Source: the human T2T-CHM13v2.0 reference genome, Homo sapiens
NCBI RefSeq assembly: GCF_009914755.1
Contig: NC_060934.1
Length of the DNA stretch: 64,000 nt
Reading direction: 5' to 3' (one strand)
Numbering within the stretch: the stretch's first letter is position 1; every line of letters begins with the position of its first letter. The translations under genes were made by a program, and so were the position numbers. The notes under the pieces are model-generated. The model saw only the letters and a program-made list of their open reading frames with translations, made no database searches and was not told the DNA's origin. Shown here in pieces: positions 12,101 to 25,476 of this stretch.

Positions 12101-13327
12101 GTCAGTCAAAATATAATTATAGAAAGTAAATTAAGCTCATTAATTTGCCTCAAAAGTTTAATTTTTAGTGAGACAGGTTCACAACATCAGTGGGAAGTGG
12201 AAGTTAACTAGATAATATAATTATGGAAACATGATGTTAGTAAATGAACTGACCTTCAAAGTGTTTGTCCAGGAGAGTTTATGTCTCTTCCGCATTTGTT
12301 GGTTTTATATGGCTTTTTTCCCCTTCAGATTCACACTAGTCAACCTGATCTGTTAGCCTTTCAGCTAAGTATTTTTGAAGCATTTAATTTGACAGTAGTA
12401 TTGTCATTAAATGGCTTTTCAGCATGTCCCCAAATAGAAATACTAATAAGTTTAACTATTGTTTAGAGGATTAAAATTGAGACCAAAATGGTCATGTACA
12501 ATTACTACTACATTTCACTTTCTGACACTTGGTAAATTAACTTTCTTTGATAGTGGTCTTGGGTATTATCATTAGACAGCACCCTGAGAAAACACCCTGT
12601 ATAGTTTTTTTCATTCTTTATAAAAGCATCCTTGTGAAATGGGGAATTAATAATACAGAGATTAAGGGATGTACAATTCACAAAATGGTTAAAAATAACA
12701 CCTTGGTTAGCCTGAAGGTTTGTGTGGAAGACAGAAGGCACAGGCCCCACCTCCGATGCCTTGGTCACAATGTTAGTAGCTAATTGTCTTTGAAGCTGCT
12801 TTAGTTCTTTTTGATCTCTCACTCAGCTATCTTTGTCTCCCCTAGGAGTTGTTTGTCTGAATTACTTCTCAGTGTCAAATGCTTAATGGATCCCAAATAA
12901 TGAGTGAAAATGTACAAGAAATGTTAAATGCCTGAAAATATCTTTGAGGGATAATATTTAAAAATCTTTAAACTGGTTTAATAAACACATATTTATAGCT
13001 TTTTTAATTTTAGTTTTTTAATTGCACATATTCAAGAAATACAACATGATGTTTTGATATATTTCTACATAGTGAAATAGTCATGGCGGCAAAAAAAAAA
13101 CTTTTTGTTAGAAATCCTCCTAAAAATATTTGTACTTTTTAAGAACAATTTAAAACCTATAATTGCATACACTAGGCATGCTCTCACACATCTTCATTGT
13201 TAAAGCACGGCTTAATGGGAAATGTTATTTATTCTTATAGAAGGGTTTTCTTTTTAAATACAAGTCCTTTTCTAATTATGTAGGAAAAAATAAAATACTA
13301 AGCATTTTCCTTTTGCAATCTTCACAG

Positions 13328-13336
13328 AACTCATGA
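13328..13336 (+). CDS. ANKRD30A: Terminal coding segment of ANKRD30A (AAC TCA TGA = N S stop)
   Basis: Acceptor tcttcacag|AAC. Joined in phase 0 to 1776 it gives ...EKAETENS*, the recalled NY-BR-1 C-terminus. Confidence 0.85.
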   Translation, partial: NS

Positions 13337-13547
13337 GAGACAAGCAGTAAGAAACTTCTTTTGGAGAAACAACAGACCAGATCTTTACTCACAACTCATG
13401 CTAGGAGGCCAGTCCTAGCATCACCTTATGTTGAAAATCTTACCAATAGTCTGTGTCAACAGAATACTTATTTTAGAAGAAAAATTCATGATTTCTTCCT
13501 GAAGCCTACAGACATAAAATAACAGTGTGAAGAATTACTTGTTCACG
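13328..13547 (+). other. ANKRD30A: ANKRD30A stop-codon exon (mostly 3'UTR), derived from an ANKRD26 coding exon
   Basis: cag| acceptor and CACG|gttagt donor. Other frames read KLLLEKQQTRSLLTTHARRPVLASPYVENLTNSL and NNSVKNYLFT, similar to ANKRD26 [34 protein letters not shown]...NNSMENYLSK. Confidence 0.8.
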
Positions 13548-14365
13548 GTTAGTTATATTATCTTTCTTCCTTTGTTTTTCAGATTTCTGATGCAATTCTT
13601 GTTTTTAAGTAGGTGAAATACTGAGTTAATTGACTCACGTGTGTTAAATAATGGTCAACATTACCTGCGTTAACAAAGAAAGAAAACAGAAATTTTACAA
13701 TTTTCTAAAAGTCCCTGGAGCTCTCATTTTCATGAAATACCCATTTGTTAACTTCATTCAATAAACTTAAAATAACACATTTTGAATTGCTTTAAAAACT
13801 GCATTTAAGTTACATTTTAGAAAGGGAATATTATTTCCTAGTAACTAAATATATACTTTGAGATGTTTTGGCTTATTTTCTGATTGGTTTGAGTTTGGCT
13901 GTGCTTCATAACACTTCTAATGTTTTCCTGTACCATCTCAAGTTTTGCACCCCTAATCAGAAGTGAATGTTTGACATCCAAACACTTAATCACATGTAGA
14001 TGTTCATTATTTAAAGTAATCTAAAATAAATACATTTATGAAGTAAATAAACATGGAACACTTAAATGATTCATTTTTGTTTTGTTTTAAAGCTAAAAGT
14101 CTTGTTTTTTTTTTAACACAAGACTGGATCTTTAATTGCCACTATACCTACATCACTTTTTCCCTCAGTTTTTGTAAAGTGTCTATTATTGCTGTGCAAT
14201 TTTACAATAGCTTGAAAATAGCTAAATCAACTCTTTGAATTTTTAAAATGATGTTCACTTATGTATGTCTATCACTTGAATTATTGATGACTAATACGGC
14301 GATGATATTGAGTCTTTTAATAGCAACTACAACCACACATAAGCCATTATCTTCTTTCTACCCAG

Positions 14366-14434
14366 AATTGCATAAAGCTGCACAGGATTCCCATCTACCC
14401 TGATGATGCAGCAGACATCATTCAATCCAACCAG
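14366..14434 (+). other. ANKRD30A: Candidate 69-nt non-coding 3' exon of ANKRD30A
   Basis: Pyrimidine tract cttctttctacccag| and donor CCAG|gtgatt. Confidence 0.6.
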
Positions 14435-14517
14435 GTGATTTTACTCATAGTAAGAATCAATTTCTGGAGATCCCAAAATGATGCCAGCAATGACAAGATG
14501 TATAAATTGAAGCATTG

Positions 14518-14521
<4 letters not shown>

Positions 14522-14599
<78 letters not shown>

Positions 14600-14615
14600 G
14601 AGAGAGAGAGAGAGA
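14522..14615. repeat. Compound (TA)n/(AG)n microsatellite, about 36 TA units
   Basis: Direct read. Confidence 0.95.
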
Positions 14616-14657
14616 TTCCATTTTTTGTCTGGGGTAAAAATTTTAAAACTATATGCA

Positions 14658-14803
14658 GTCATCCTAGCTACTTAGGAGGCTGAGTAGGCAAAAGAGTCAC
14701 TTGAGCCCAAGATTTCAAGGCTGTAGTGTATCATAATCACAGCTATGAATAGCCAATGCCCTCCAGCCTGGGCAACATAGCCCCTGTTAAAAAAAAAAAA
14801 AAA
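14658..14803 (+). mobile_element. Old Alu monomer fragment (FLAM/FRAM/AluJ-like)
   Basis: ctagctacttaggaggctgag...ctccagcctgggcaacatag plus A tail. Confidence 0.7.
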
Positions 14804-16740
14804 CAAAATAAATTATTTAAAAACCCAGAATTTTTTGGACTAAAATAAATAGGTAGCAAATAGTTTTCACTGTGTATCACTGTCACTAAAATACCCATTT
14901 CAATCAATGCACATTGGCTTATAGTTTTGATGGTGATTTCATAATCTCTTTAATGCAGAGAAAAATAGTGTATGCTTATGTTAAATGAAATGTTTTTTCT
15001 TTACCTGGCTTCATATTCTAAAAAATTCTAGAGGAGCAAATCTAAGCTTTCTCAGACAGCATTGCTGCCAAATGGGAACAATTAAATGATTGTTTTAATA
15101 CATAAATTTGATGATCCCAGCTAGCTGAGTTTTTAATTATTTTGATAGCTTAGTTTTATTTTTCTGGAAAAAGAGTGATATGGTCAGGGTCTAAGTGCTT
15201 CAGGGTCATAAAACTGCACTTCTGTGTACAAAAAGAGGAAGAATGTTAAATACTACTGTGAAGTGTTAGTCATGATGCACATATGAATTTTCTTATCTGT
15301 TTTTTTCCAGAATAATCAGCTCATGTATTATTTTACAAGATAATGAAAACATGTATAAATACAAATGCAGTGCAGGCAAAGATTTTTGAGAAAATATTTT
15401 CTCTTAGTTTTTAGCGGGCAAAGTGCTATTTATTTTTAGTATTTCCGGATATGTTGAAAGACAGTTCATTTTAAACTTCATTAGTACTTCCAAGGAGTGC
15501 AGGGTTTCTTTGTGCACAATTGGTTTGCCAAATCATGTTCGACTTAATAATTCTATGAAGATTCAGTGACATGTTTTCATACCTTCTTTATGTAATTGTT
15601 TACAAAATTCTTAGAGATACAGAAAGAAGATGCCTACTAGAGTTGCTAAAATTTAATTATTTCTACTAGAAAAACATCTAATACTACTTTGAGAGGTGGC
15701 ACAGATTATCTAAAATAATACAAAAGGTGGGTTTTTGGAGGGAGCATTACAAACAAGAAGACATTTAGACATTTTTGGCTATAATTCTAGAAAGCAAAAT
15801 GTTAAAATATCTAATCTAACATAAAATATGTTAAAATAGCATTGATACTGAATTTATCTTCTTTATTTGCAAGGTTGTAATATTTGGGAATATTGTTAAT
15901 TTGAAGGACTATCTTATACAGCTTTTTTAACTATAAAGAAACTGATTATAATACATCATTTTTGTTGCATGTGATTGAAGTTGTGCTGGATGTCAAAGCC
16001 AGTGTTCTCTATGTTGATGTCATTTGCCAGTTCTTGCACCTGTCACCAACACATGAAGTTTAGCCTTACCACTTAACACTATTATAGCTATCATAGATAA
16101 CTACGTATACTTTTTCCAAACTTTTACTTTGTTTTTTTATTTGAATTCTGAGATGCTTTGTTCTATATATGAGAAGGAATTTTATAATTTGATTGGTTCT
16201 TTAAAAAATTATATTATAAAATTCAAAAATTAAAATTAGCTTCAAAAATACATCAGTCATTGGATCCTTTTGCATACAGAATGTTTTTGTAATAAATGAA
16301 ATCATAAAGATTTATTCCACATTAATGAAAGATAAGACTTAGCTGGTTTAAAGTTTTTTTTTAGGTTTGAAAGTTATATAGTACCTGTGTGTCTAAGACA
16401 ATTCATGGCACCCAGTAGTCACTTGGTACATGTTTTTTAAATGTTTGAGATGGATGTCTAAATGTCTTCTTGTTTGTAATGCTCCCTCCAAAAATTGTAT
16501 TATTTTAGATAATCTGTGCCACCTCTCATAGTATTATTAGATGTTTGAGATAGGAAGACTCATTTCTACATTGATTGGTTTTGGACTTCTGGTGCATTAC
16601 TGACTCAAAAATTTTCTAATAATTTATTTAAGTAACTTTTCTATTTCTCAAATGTTCATTCAGTTTAGCAACTTCTTTTCTAAATGTAGTTATATAGATA
16701 TGTCCAAGCTAAAACCGTATTCCTAAGACTGTAACTTTTT

Positions 16741-16820
16741 ACATGGTGGAACATTGTGTCACATGGTGGAAAGTTGTGCCACATGGTGGAACTTTGTGTC
16801 ACATGGTGGAACATTGTGTC
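16741..16820. repeat. 4 x 20-bp minisatellite (ACATGGTGGAAcaTTGTGTC)
   Basis: Units start at 16741, 16761, 16781 and 16801. Confidence 0.95.
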
Positions 16821-17606
16821 ATATCAGAATGTTGAACTGCGCTTTTTCCACAGTGTTGAGTTGCAGTTTTTCCCAAACAAAATAGTCCTGTTTGCATCAC
16901 CAAGGAAGCGCCTGTCTACCCTGAATTTTAACTCTAATCAAACTATAATAATAGTTATGGCAATCATTCATAAGGCAAATACAGAGTTTGAGAAACTTAC
17001 TACAACAGTTTTAGGCTCTATATAATTTCTCCTGTCTCCACTTTTTTATCTACTTAGCCAAATGCAAATTCCTCATTTTATCCTAAGAATTGTTTCAGAT
17101 AGTTTCTCAAATTCTTCTAATTCTTCTTTTATTCATTTTTCCCCCACAAGGTCTTTAAATATATGTGTGGATCTATGCTTAATCTATCAGCTCTTTGGTC
17201 AATTAAGTGTTGCCCAGTTTCTTTCTCTGTGACACAGTGCACGTATTTAATACTCACAAACCACCAAGTATAATTGCCTTCAGACATTAAACTATTGATA
17301 TTTTTATCTTGAATTGCAGTGGTTTGAATGTGCAAACTTATTTGATTATGCTACATGGGAGTGCATGATTACTGTCATAAAACTTGAGTACTCCTTAAAA
17401 TAGAGAATGGTATTACATTTTACTTTAAAAACATGGTTACTTGAAAATATATTAATTATGGAAAAGTATGTGTGTGATGTATATGTATTTATCAAATTGG
17501 TCTCAAAAAGACAAAAGACAATACAGCAATATTTTAAACTTATAATATCAAGTATAATGTAACAGTAGCCTGTCACTAAGTTATTGTTGTGTTGTTGAAA
17601 TAGTGA

Positions 17607-17963
<357 letters not shown>

Positions 17964-20222
17964 TGATTTCAGTTTCTTCCAGCCCTTCCTATTGTTAACA
18001 TGGGGGTTGTGTTGAAGAATATAAAGTTACAAAGTCAAGGAAGTAGGAAACATTTTTACAAGTATTATGTAGCCATCTTGGTGGGGCTGTGGTGAGGTAG
18101 GCTGCAAATGATTCTCCTATTTCTTTCCCTGAGTTCAGAACATAGGAATTAGATTGATAGACATCAACATACCCGCTTTATTGCTGACTCATGACAACTA
18201 ATGGGAAGACATGGCTCAGATGTGCAGCCACAGTGAGCTTCTGAACATTTCTTCTCAGACTAAGCTCTTACACACAGTTGCAGTTGAAAGAAAGAATTGC
18301 TTGACATGGCCACAGGAGCAGGCAGCTTCCTGCAGACATGACAGTCAACGCAAACTCATGTCACTGTGGGCAGACACATGTTTGCAAAGAGACTCAGAGC
18401 CAAACAAGCACACTCAATGTGCTTTGCCCAAATTTACCCATTAGGTAAATCTTCCCTCCTCCCAAGAAGAAAGTGGAGAGAGCATGAGTCCTCACATGGA
18501 AACTTGAAGTCAGGGAAATGAAGGCTCACCAATTATTTGTGCATGGGTTTAAGTTTTCCTTGAAATTAAGTTCAGGTTTGTCTTTGTGTGTACCAATTAA
18601 TGACAAGAGGTTAGATAGAAGTATGCTAGATGGCAAAGAGAAATATGTTTTGTGTCTTCAATTTTGCTAAAAATAACCCAGAACATGGATAATTCATTTA
18701 TTAATTGATTTTGGTAAGCCAAGTCCTATTTGGAGAAAATTAATAGTTTTTCTAAAAAAGAATTTTCTCAATATCACCTGGCTTGATAACATTTTTCTCC
18801 TTCGAGTTCCTTTTTCTGGAGTTTAACAAACTTGTTCTTTACAAATAGATTATATTGACTACCTCTCACTGATGTTATGATATTAGTTTCTATTGCTTAC
18901 TTTGTATTTCTAATTTTAGGATTCACAATTTAGCTGGAGAACTATTTTTTAACCTGTTGCACCTAAACATGATTGAGCTAGAAGACAGTTTTACCATATG
19001 CATGCATTTTCTCTGAGTTATATTTTAAAATCTATACATTTCTCCTAAATATGGAGGAAATCACTGGCATCAAATGCCAGTCTCAGACGGAAGACCTAAA
19101 GCCCATTTCTGGCCTGGAGCTACTTGGCTTTGTGACCTATGGTGAGGCATAAGTGCTCTGAGTTTGTGTTGCCTCTTTTGTAAAATGAGGGTTTGACTTA
19201 ATCAGTGATTTTCATAGCTTAAAATTTTTTTGAAGAACAGAACTTTTTTTAAAAACAGTTAGATGCAACCATATTATATAAAACAGAACAGATACAAGTA
19301 GAGCTAACTTGCTAAAGAAAGGATGGAGGCTCTGAAGCTGTGACTTCATTATCCCTTAATACTGCTATGTCCTCTGTAGTACCTTAGATTTCTATGGGAC
19401 ATCGTTTAAAAACTATTGTTTATGCGAGAGCCTTGCTAATTTCCTAAAAATTGTGGATACATTTTTTCTCCCATGTATAATTTTCTCACCTTCTATTTAA
19501 AAAGAAAAAAAAAGTCAGTGTAGTATTTACATATTTTACCCTATAAGGAGCTAACATAACTTTTGATTTAGTGTTATTCATAAAATTAGGTTAGCAGTTT
19601 ATTAACCTTTTGTATTTGCTCTGGCAATGTTTAATATCTCATAAGCTATACACACCTCGAAGCCATCAATGACAACCTTTTCTTGCTGAATAGAACAGTG
19701 ATTGATGTCATGAAGACAATTTTATCTCCTTTTGCCTTCCATAATTTGTACCAGGTACTGTATGTGGTCTCTTGAATGGAAATAATAATTCTGAATTTTG
19801 ATTAAAAGAAATATGAGAAAATGTGTGGATTTAATAGGAAAGAAAGAACAAAATTGAAAGGGACTTATAAAAAGTCATGTAACATTGAAAAGTTTATACT
19901 TGAAAATATGCATAAAATTACCCAACTCTTTCTACAGCCAATAATAATAATAACAGTAAAGGTGGAGCCATCAATATCCAAGACCCTTTCCCTAAGCTTC
20001 TGGATGCCCTCATACAGAAGCTTCTTCCCCATGTTTTGGATTTGTCCCTTTTCTCTCTGAGCATTCACATCTGACCTGGTATCACTTTCTCAAAGGAAGT
20101 TACCCTCAGCAGTTCTTTGTGGGGTAAAGTGTTCAAAGGTCAGTCAAAGGCTGGAAGATAATTTATGCAGGGAGAGGCCACTTCAGCACTGCAAGAGAGG
20201 CAGCTCCTTCTACCATTTATTT

Positions 20223-20363
20223 ATTTTTTTAAATTTTGTTATTATTATACTTTATGTTTTAGGGTACATGTGCACAATGTGCAGGTTTGTTACATATGTA
20301 TACATGTGCCATGTTGGTGCGCTGCACCCATTAACTCAGCATTTAGCATTAGGTATATCTCTC
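20223..20363 (-). mobile_element. Short 5'-truncated L1PA with TSD
   Basis: L1PA 3' end antisense; TSD ctaccatttattt at 20210-20222 and 20364-20376. Confidence 0.85.
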
Positions 20364-21835
20364 CTACCATTTATTTTTTGAGAGTTAGGAGGGTAAAAAA
20401 TGGCGTCACTTAAACTTGTTAAAAGAAAGTATTCTCTACAGAGTTCATATTTCTTCAGTACAAAATTAGACTATCTGTTGAGAAACGTGTTTGATATTTA
20501 CCTAATCAAATTTTTGTGTTATCTAAAAATATTCATAAACAGGCTATAAAGAAGTAATGTAATCTATTACATGTAGGAATTAAATATTTAGAACAAGAGC
20601 TTTTGGGGAAAAGATAATAGCATTACCTTAGTAGTTTTTTAGTTGAAGTCACGTGAAAATGTATATTTTCATAGTGTTTATTAAAGGTAATATAATATTC
20701 TTCCAGTAAAGCCTCCTTCCTTTATCTGATATTGAGTTATTTCCTTTACAAGACCTCTCTAGTAATGTGTATTGTCACATTATTAAATTTACCAGGCATG
20801 TCTGTAACATTATAGTCACAGATGTGTTATGAAGTACAGTCTCTCAAATATGGGAAAACATGTTTGTCCGAAAATGGTGAAGGCTTTAAGTATCATATTA
20901 TCATTGGTAATAAAATGTCCAGTATGTGCAGTACACAATTTCAGACCTTGTTGGCATACGGGGAGAGAATACCTCTTATACAAAAGATGTAAAGAGGAAC
21001 ACTCCAGATGGAAACACTTGCAATGGAGCTTGAAATAATCCCACACATTTCATAATTAAGTAGAAAACTATAATTAAATAATTCTTAAAACTGATACTAA
21101 TTTCTGAAAAGACATCAAAGTTACAACTATGCAGCTACGTGATACTTTCCTTCTTTCTAATTCTAGAAAGTTATGAATCAAGCTAACATTGAAAACTGGT
21201 TCTACCTATATTTATCCTTTTTTCAATCAAATTTTCTGAAATCTATGTGTTTATATAAAGAAATATCAATCATAATGTAGATCACATGATATTTTTACTT
21301 ATTCTCTTGCCAGTCCAATTTTCTCATGATATTATGTGAGTACCACTTTCTTCGTGTGTGTATTTAAGGTTCTGTGCTGAAAAGTTGATAACATAGAACA
21401 TACATTGAAATGTAAATTTTCTGAAGGAGGAGAATGGAAAGTTAATTTAAGGAAAAACCTATTGAAGTGAAAAAACTGAACTTTAATAAAGGACAGAGTT
21501 TTGCTAAGAATTAGAAAGAAATGCATTCATTGCAAAATACGAATTAAATTCTCTAACCTTTGTAGTAGTAAGAGAAAAACTCATAGACCAATATTATTTG
21601 TAATTTTTTCTCAGGTTTAACAGCACTACACGTGTATAGTCTCTATTATCTAAATCTAAAATAAGTAAGAATTTTAGGTTATTTATGTGATTGTGTTTTT
21701 CTATTTAAGCAATTCTCATGTTAGGTATAGTCTCTGAAAGTACTAAAGGGCACAATTCTGTAAGTGAGACATCATTTTCAGGATAGTTTCTCTTCTTAAA
21801 ATTAAACATTATAGATAATATTTGACTTATTTAAA

Positions 21836-21878
21836 ATGCAGCAGGAGTGGCAGAAAATACCACTAGAACAGGAGAAAG
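21836..21878 (+). pseudogene. Vestigial ANKRD26 penultimate micro-exon with dead acceptor
   Basis: Reads MQQEWQKIPLEQEK+G|gtac, versus ANKRD26 MQQELEKNITRELKE. Preceded by ttaaa, not AG. Confidence 0.6.
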
Positions 21879-22751
21879 GTACATTGCAAAATTTATTAAT
21901 TCAATTCAGATTTATTAATTGGTTTCTAAAATAAACGGTAAATAGGAAATGGCTATTTACAGTTTCATTAATTGATAAGTACATCAGTTGGCTATTGTTT
22001 GTTTAATAGATAGTATGCTAATTATTTTTGTACACATATTTAATGAAAGATATAAACACATACTCATAATTAAGAGTATATTTATGCCTCATTAATTTGT
22101 CATGTTCCATATATTTAGAAAAGTCTCAAGTAGTCGGCATATCTGTTTTTGGCTCTAACTCTCTGCCATCCCTGTGGAACTTTTAGCCTACACACTGCAG
22201 TTGTTTTGAGAAAACAAAGGCATCATTCTCTTCTCAAGGTTATGGTAGTGATTTAAGGCCAACAGACCCAAGACTCATCTTGTAATGCATAGCCAAACAG
22301 TCATAGTTCATAAGCAGTCACGTGACTGGTGACATTTTAAATCTCCAGTCTTTGACTTTGTCATTGGTTGACTTTTGTCTTCAGGAAATATTCTACATTT
22401 CTTGGAATACAATAAAAATGCCCAAGTCAATTTGGTTGTTGTCAAATTATTCAGCTTTTTCTTACCACTTACTAGTACTCCACCTCTTTGCTCTAGCATC
22501 CAGCCAACTAGACTACATAGAATTTCACAGTGATCTTCCTCAGCTCCAGCTCTTGGCATTTGCTCCTCCCTTCTATCTGACATATGTTTTTGTTGTCCTT
22601 CTGGTATCAACCTGCATATCTCATCCACCAAAAAGTCTACAATATTGACCCAAAACCTGGATGTCCTATCTGTGTGTTCCAGTAGTGCCCTATTTTAAAT
22701 GTGTCATGATATCTATTACTTTGTGTGAAAATTACCTGTTTGTTTTTTCAG

Positions 22752-22912
22752 GTTATATAATAGTATAACACTGCCAAGGAGCGGATTATCTCATCTTCAT
22801 CCTGTAATTCCAGTGTTTGTCACGTGGTTGTTGAATAAATGAATAAAGAATGAGAAAACCAGAAGCTCTGATACATAATCATAATGATAATTATTTCAAT
22901 GCACAACTACGG
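22752..22912 (+). other. Candidate non-coding exon overlapping an L2-like 3' end
   Basis: Acceptor tgttttttcag| and strong donor CGG|gtgagt; internal gttgaataaatgaataaa resembles an L2 tail. Confidence 0.45.
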
Positions 22913-23066
22913 GTGAGTTTTATTTAACAGCAATTTTGTATCATAGTTATATATACATTTTTTTATTCTCACTAACACAGAGTAGGTTCTCAACTCTTTT
23001 TTCCTGACTTCCACTTAGTTTACATAAAATCTTTTAGGTAAAGAACATAAATATTTTTCTTTCCAG

Positions 23067-23169
23067 GTGGTGCTGAACTAGAATCTATATTTTCTGAAAC
23101 TGGCTCCTCTAGGATCTACTAATGATTTAAATCTAAAAGATGAAGTTAGTAAAGCATCAGAAAAAAAAG
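23067..23169 (+). pseudogene. Vestigial ANKRD26 last coding exon, now bounded by a donor site
   Basis: tttccag|GT GGT GCT GAA CTA GAA TCT. Reads GAELES...LAPLGSTNDLNLKDEVSKASE (one frameshift), versus ANKRD26 AAELESGSIASPLGSTDESNLNQDLVWKASRE. Donor AAAG|gtact at 23170. Confidence 0.72.
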
Positions 23170-23699
23170 GTACTAACTTTTATTTTTAAAATTATATAAT
23201 ATAAAAAATTGTAATATTTTATTACTGGAATGCTTACTTGAGCTTTTAATGATTTTTTAATTTAACATAAAACATATAAAAATTTTTCTTAAAAAGGATA
23301 ATATTTTTATATCATATATGTCTGATGAAAATTTATATGGCATTTTAAACCATGTTTCTAAGCCTCTTTAACAAACTTTTTAGTGGATCTTACAAATAAA
23401 ATCCTGTATTATTGAGTTTTACATACTCAAATGATTCAATAGGCAGCTATTTAAACAAGCAAAACTACCAAGTTGTTATTAGTGCTTTGTATCCTGTAAT
23501 TTTTATTACAATTACAGTGATAGATTTAGATTTCAACTGACATCATTTTGGTATATTAGTACTGTGGTCATTGTCAGTGGTTGCATGTAATGCAATTGAC
23601 ACCATACCATCAAATTTATGTAATTTTAAGTGCTGATTTATATGGATCTTTCCTCATGAAAAAATAAGGTTTTCCTAAGACTTTTCACCTTTTATGTTA

Positions 23700-24440
23700 C
23701 TTACTTATTTATTTTTTGGTTAGCTTTTGGAAACAGTCTTAAAATTAAAGAAAAGTTTCAAGCTTTACTACAAAGAACTTTCTTTCTCTGAACCATTTGA
23801 GAGTAAATTGCTGACGCTCTACCGTGATTTCTGATTTCCTTAGTGGGTATTCCTACAAGTCAGGACATTCTACGTGACTACAATATAATCTCACAGAAAT
23901 TTAACATTAATACATTCTAAGATTTAATTCTTAGATTCTTGGTAAGTTTTATTACTTGTCTATAATATTCCTTGTTGCAAAAGATTCCATTCAGAGACAT
24001 CAGTTATATTTAGCTTCTGTATCTCTTAGACTTTCAATTGTAGCAGTTTCTCAGTCTTGATATTCATGACGTTGAATCTTTAGAAGATAAAGTTTAGTAA
24101 TGCAGAATGTTCTTCAATTGAGTTTTTGTAATGTTTCCTTGTAATTAGTTTTATATCATACTTTTTGAACATGGCTATCACCAAAATGCTCCTGTGATCT
24201 TATTGCATCCTATCATTGGACCACAGTTTTGATTTGGTCTGTTACTGGTGATGCTAGATTTTATTTCTAATGGTGGTATCTGCTGAACATCTCCTCTGTC
24301 ATGTTATTTTTTCACTTTTTAATGAATTACTATTTTGTAGGGAGTTCATTTGAGACTATGTAAATATCTCTTTCTCTTCAAACCTTCAAGTTATTCATTT
24401 ACTTGTATCAGTATGGATTCATGGTTCATTCTGTTTAATA
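23700..24440 (-). mobile_element. Old L1MC/MD-like fragment
   Basis: Motifs such as ctgaaccatttgagagtaaattgctgac; boundaries approximate. Confidence 0.5.
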
Positions 24441-24653
24441 GGTTATGACTTGTTAATATTTTTCAAAGCTTTTTCTTTGGAGAAATGTTCAGCTTTTTCA
24501 TATAAAAAAGTCATGACTTTACATCATTGGAGCACTTATGGCGTCAATAGTGGCACTTCACATGTTTCGAGGTTCATGGTATTACAAAAAAATGATGGAA
24601 AACAGGCAAGAACCATGAGAAATCACCTTTTACTGTATGACACATTTTTCTAG

Positions 24654-24743
24654 GTAAACAAATTGCTCCTGTGGAGATGATTGGCATCACATGGTGTTTT
24701 GAGCTGATACACCCAACACTTGAGCTCACTGCAACAGTACCAG
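24654..24743 (+). other. Candidate 90-nt exon inside antisense Tigger2
   Basis: catttttctag|GTAAAC ... ACCAG|gtgggc. Confidence 0.4.
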
Positions 24744-24958
24744 GTGGGCATAAACTTACTATAGCAGTACAATACATACTAAAGTTAACTTTTTGCAGTT
24801 ACAATTTAATGCTGCATTTTTATGCTTGTTTACATTTCTCTTAGCTGAAGCTGGCATCGTGTTCTTTGTATGCACACATTTTGATAAATTTTCACTTTTT
24901 ATAATTGATTTTGTATATTTCATGGTAGCAATGATAAAATAGACTAGTAATTGTATAA

Positions 24959-25338
<380 letters not shown>

Positions 25339-25476
25339 GTCCAAATTTTTTTATATTTCTTGAAAAATATCTGCTAACAAGAGCACCCATGCAGTTCACA
25401 CTATGTCATTCGAGGGTCAATTGCATTTGTAACTCCTGTCTCTGACAGTAACCTGTCTCCTTTCATGCTTAGTATG

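Noticed and set aside
14435-14683. ORFs with IYIYIY runs (also VCVC/HTHT ORFs at 50589-50958)
   Set aside because: Translations of dinucleotide microsatellites.
16741-16820. CRISPR-like array
   Set aside because: Head-to-tail 20-mers with no unique spacers, no cas genes, and eukaryotic DNA.
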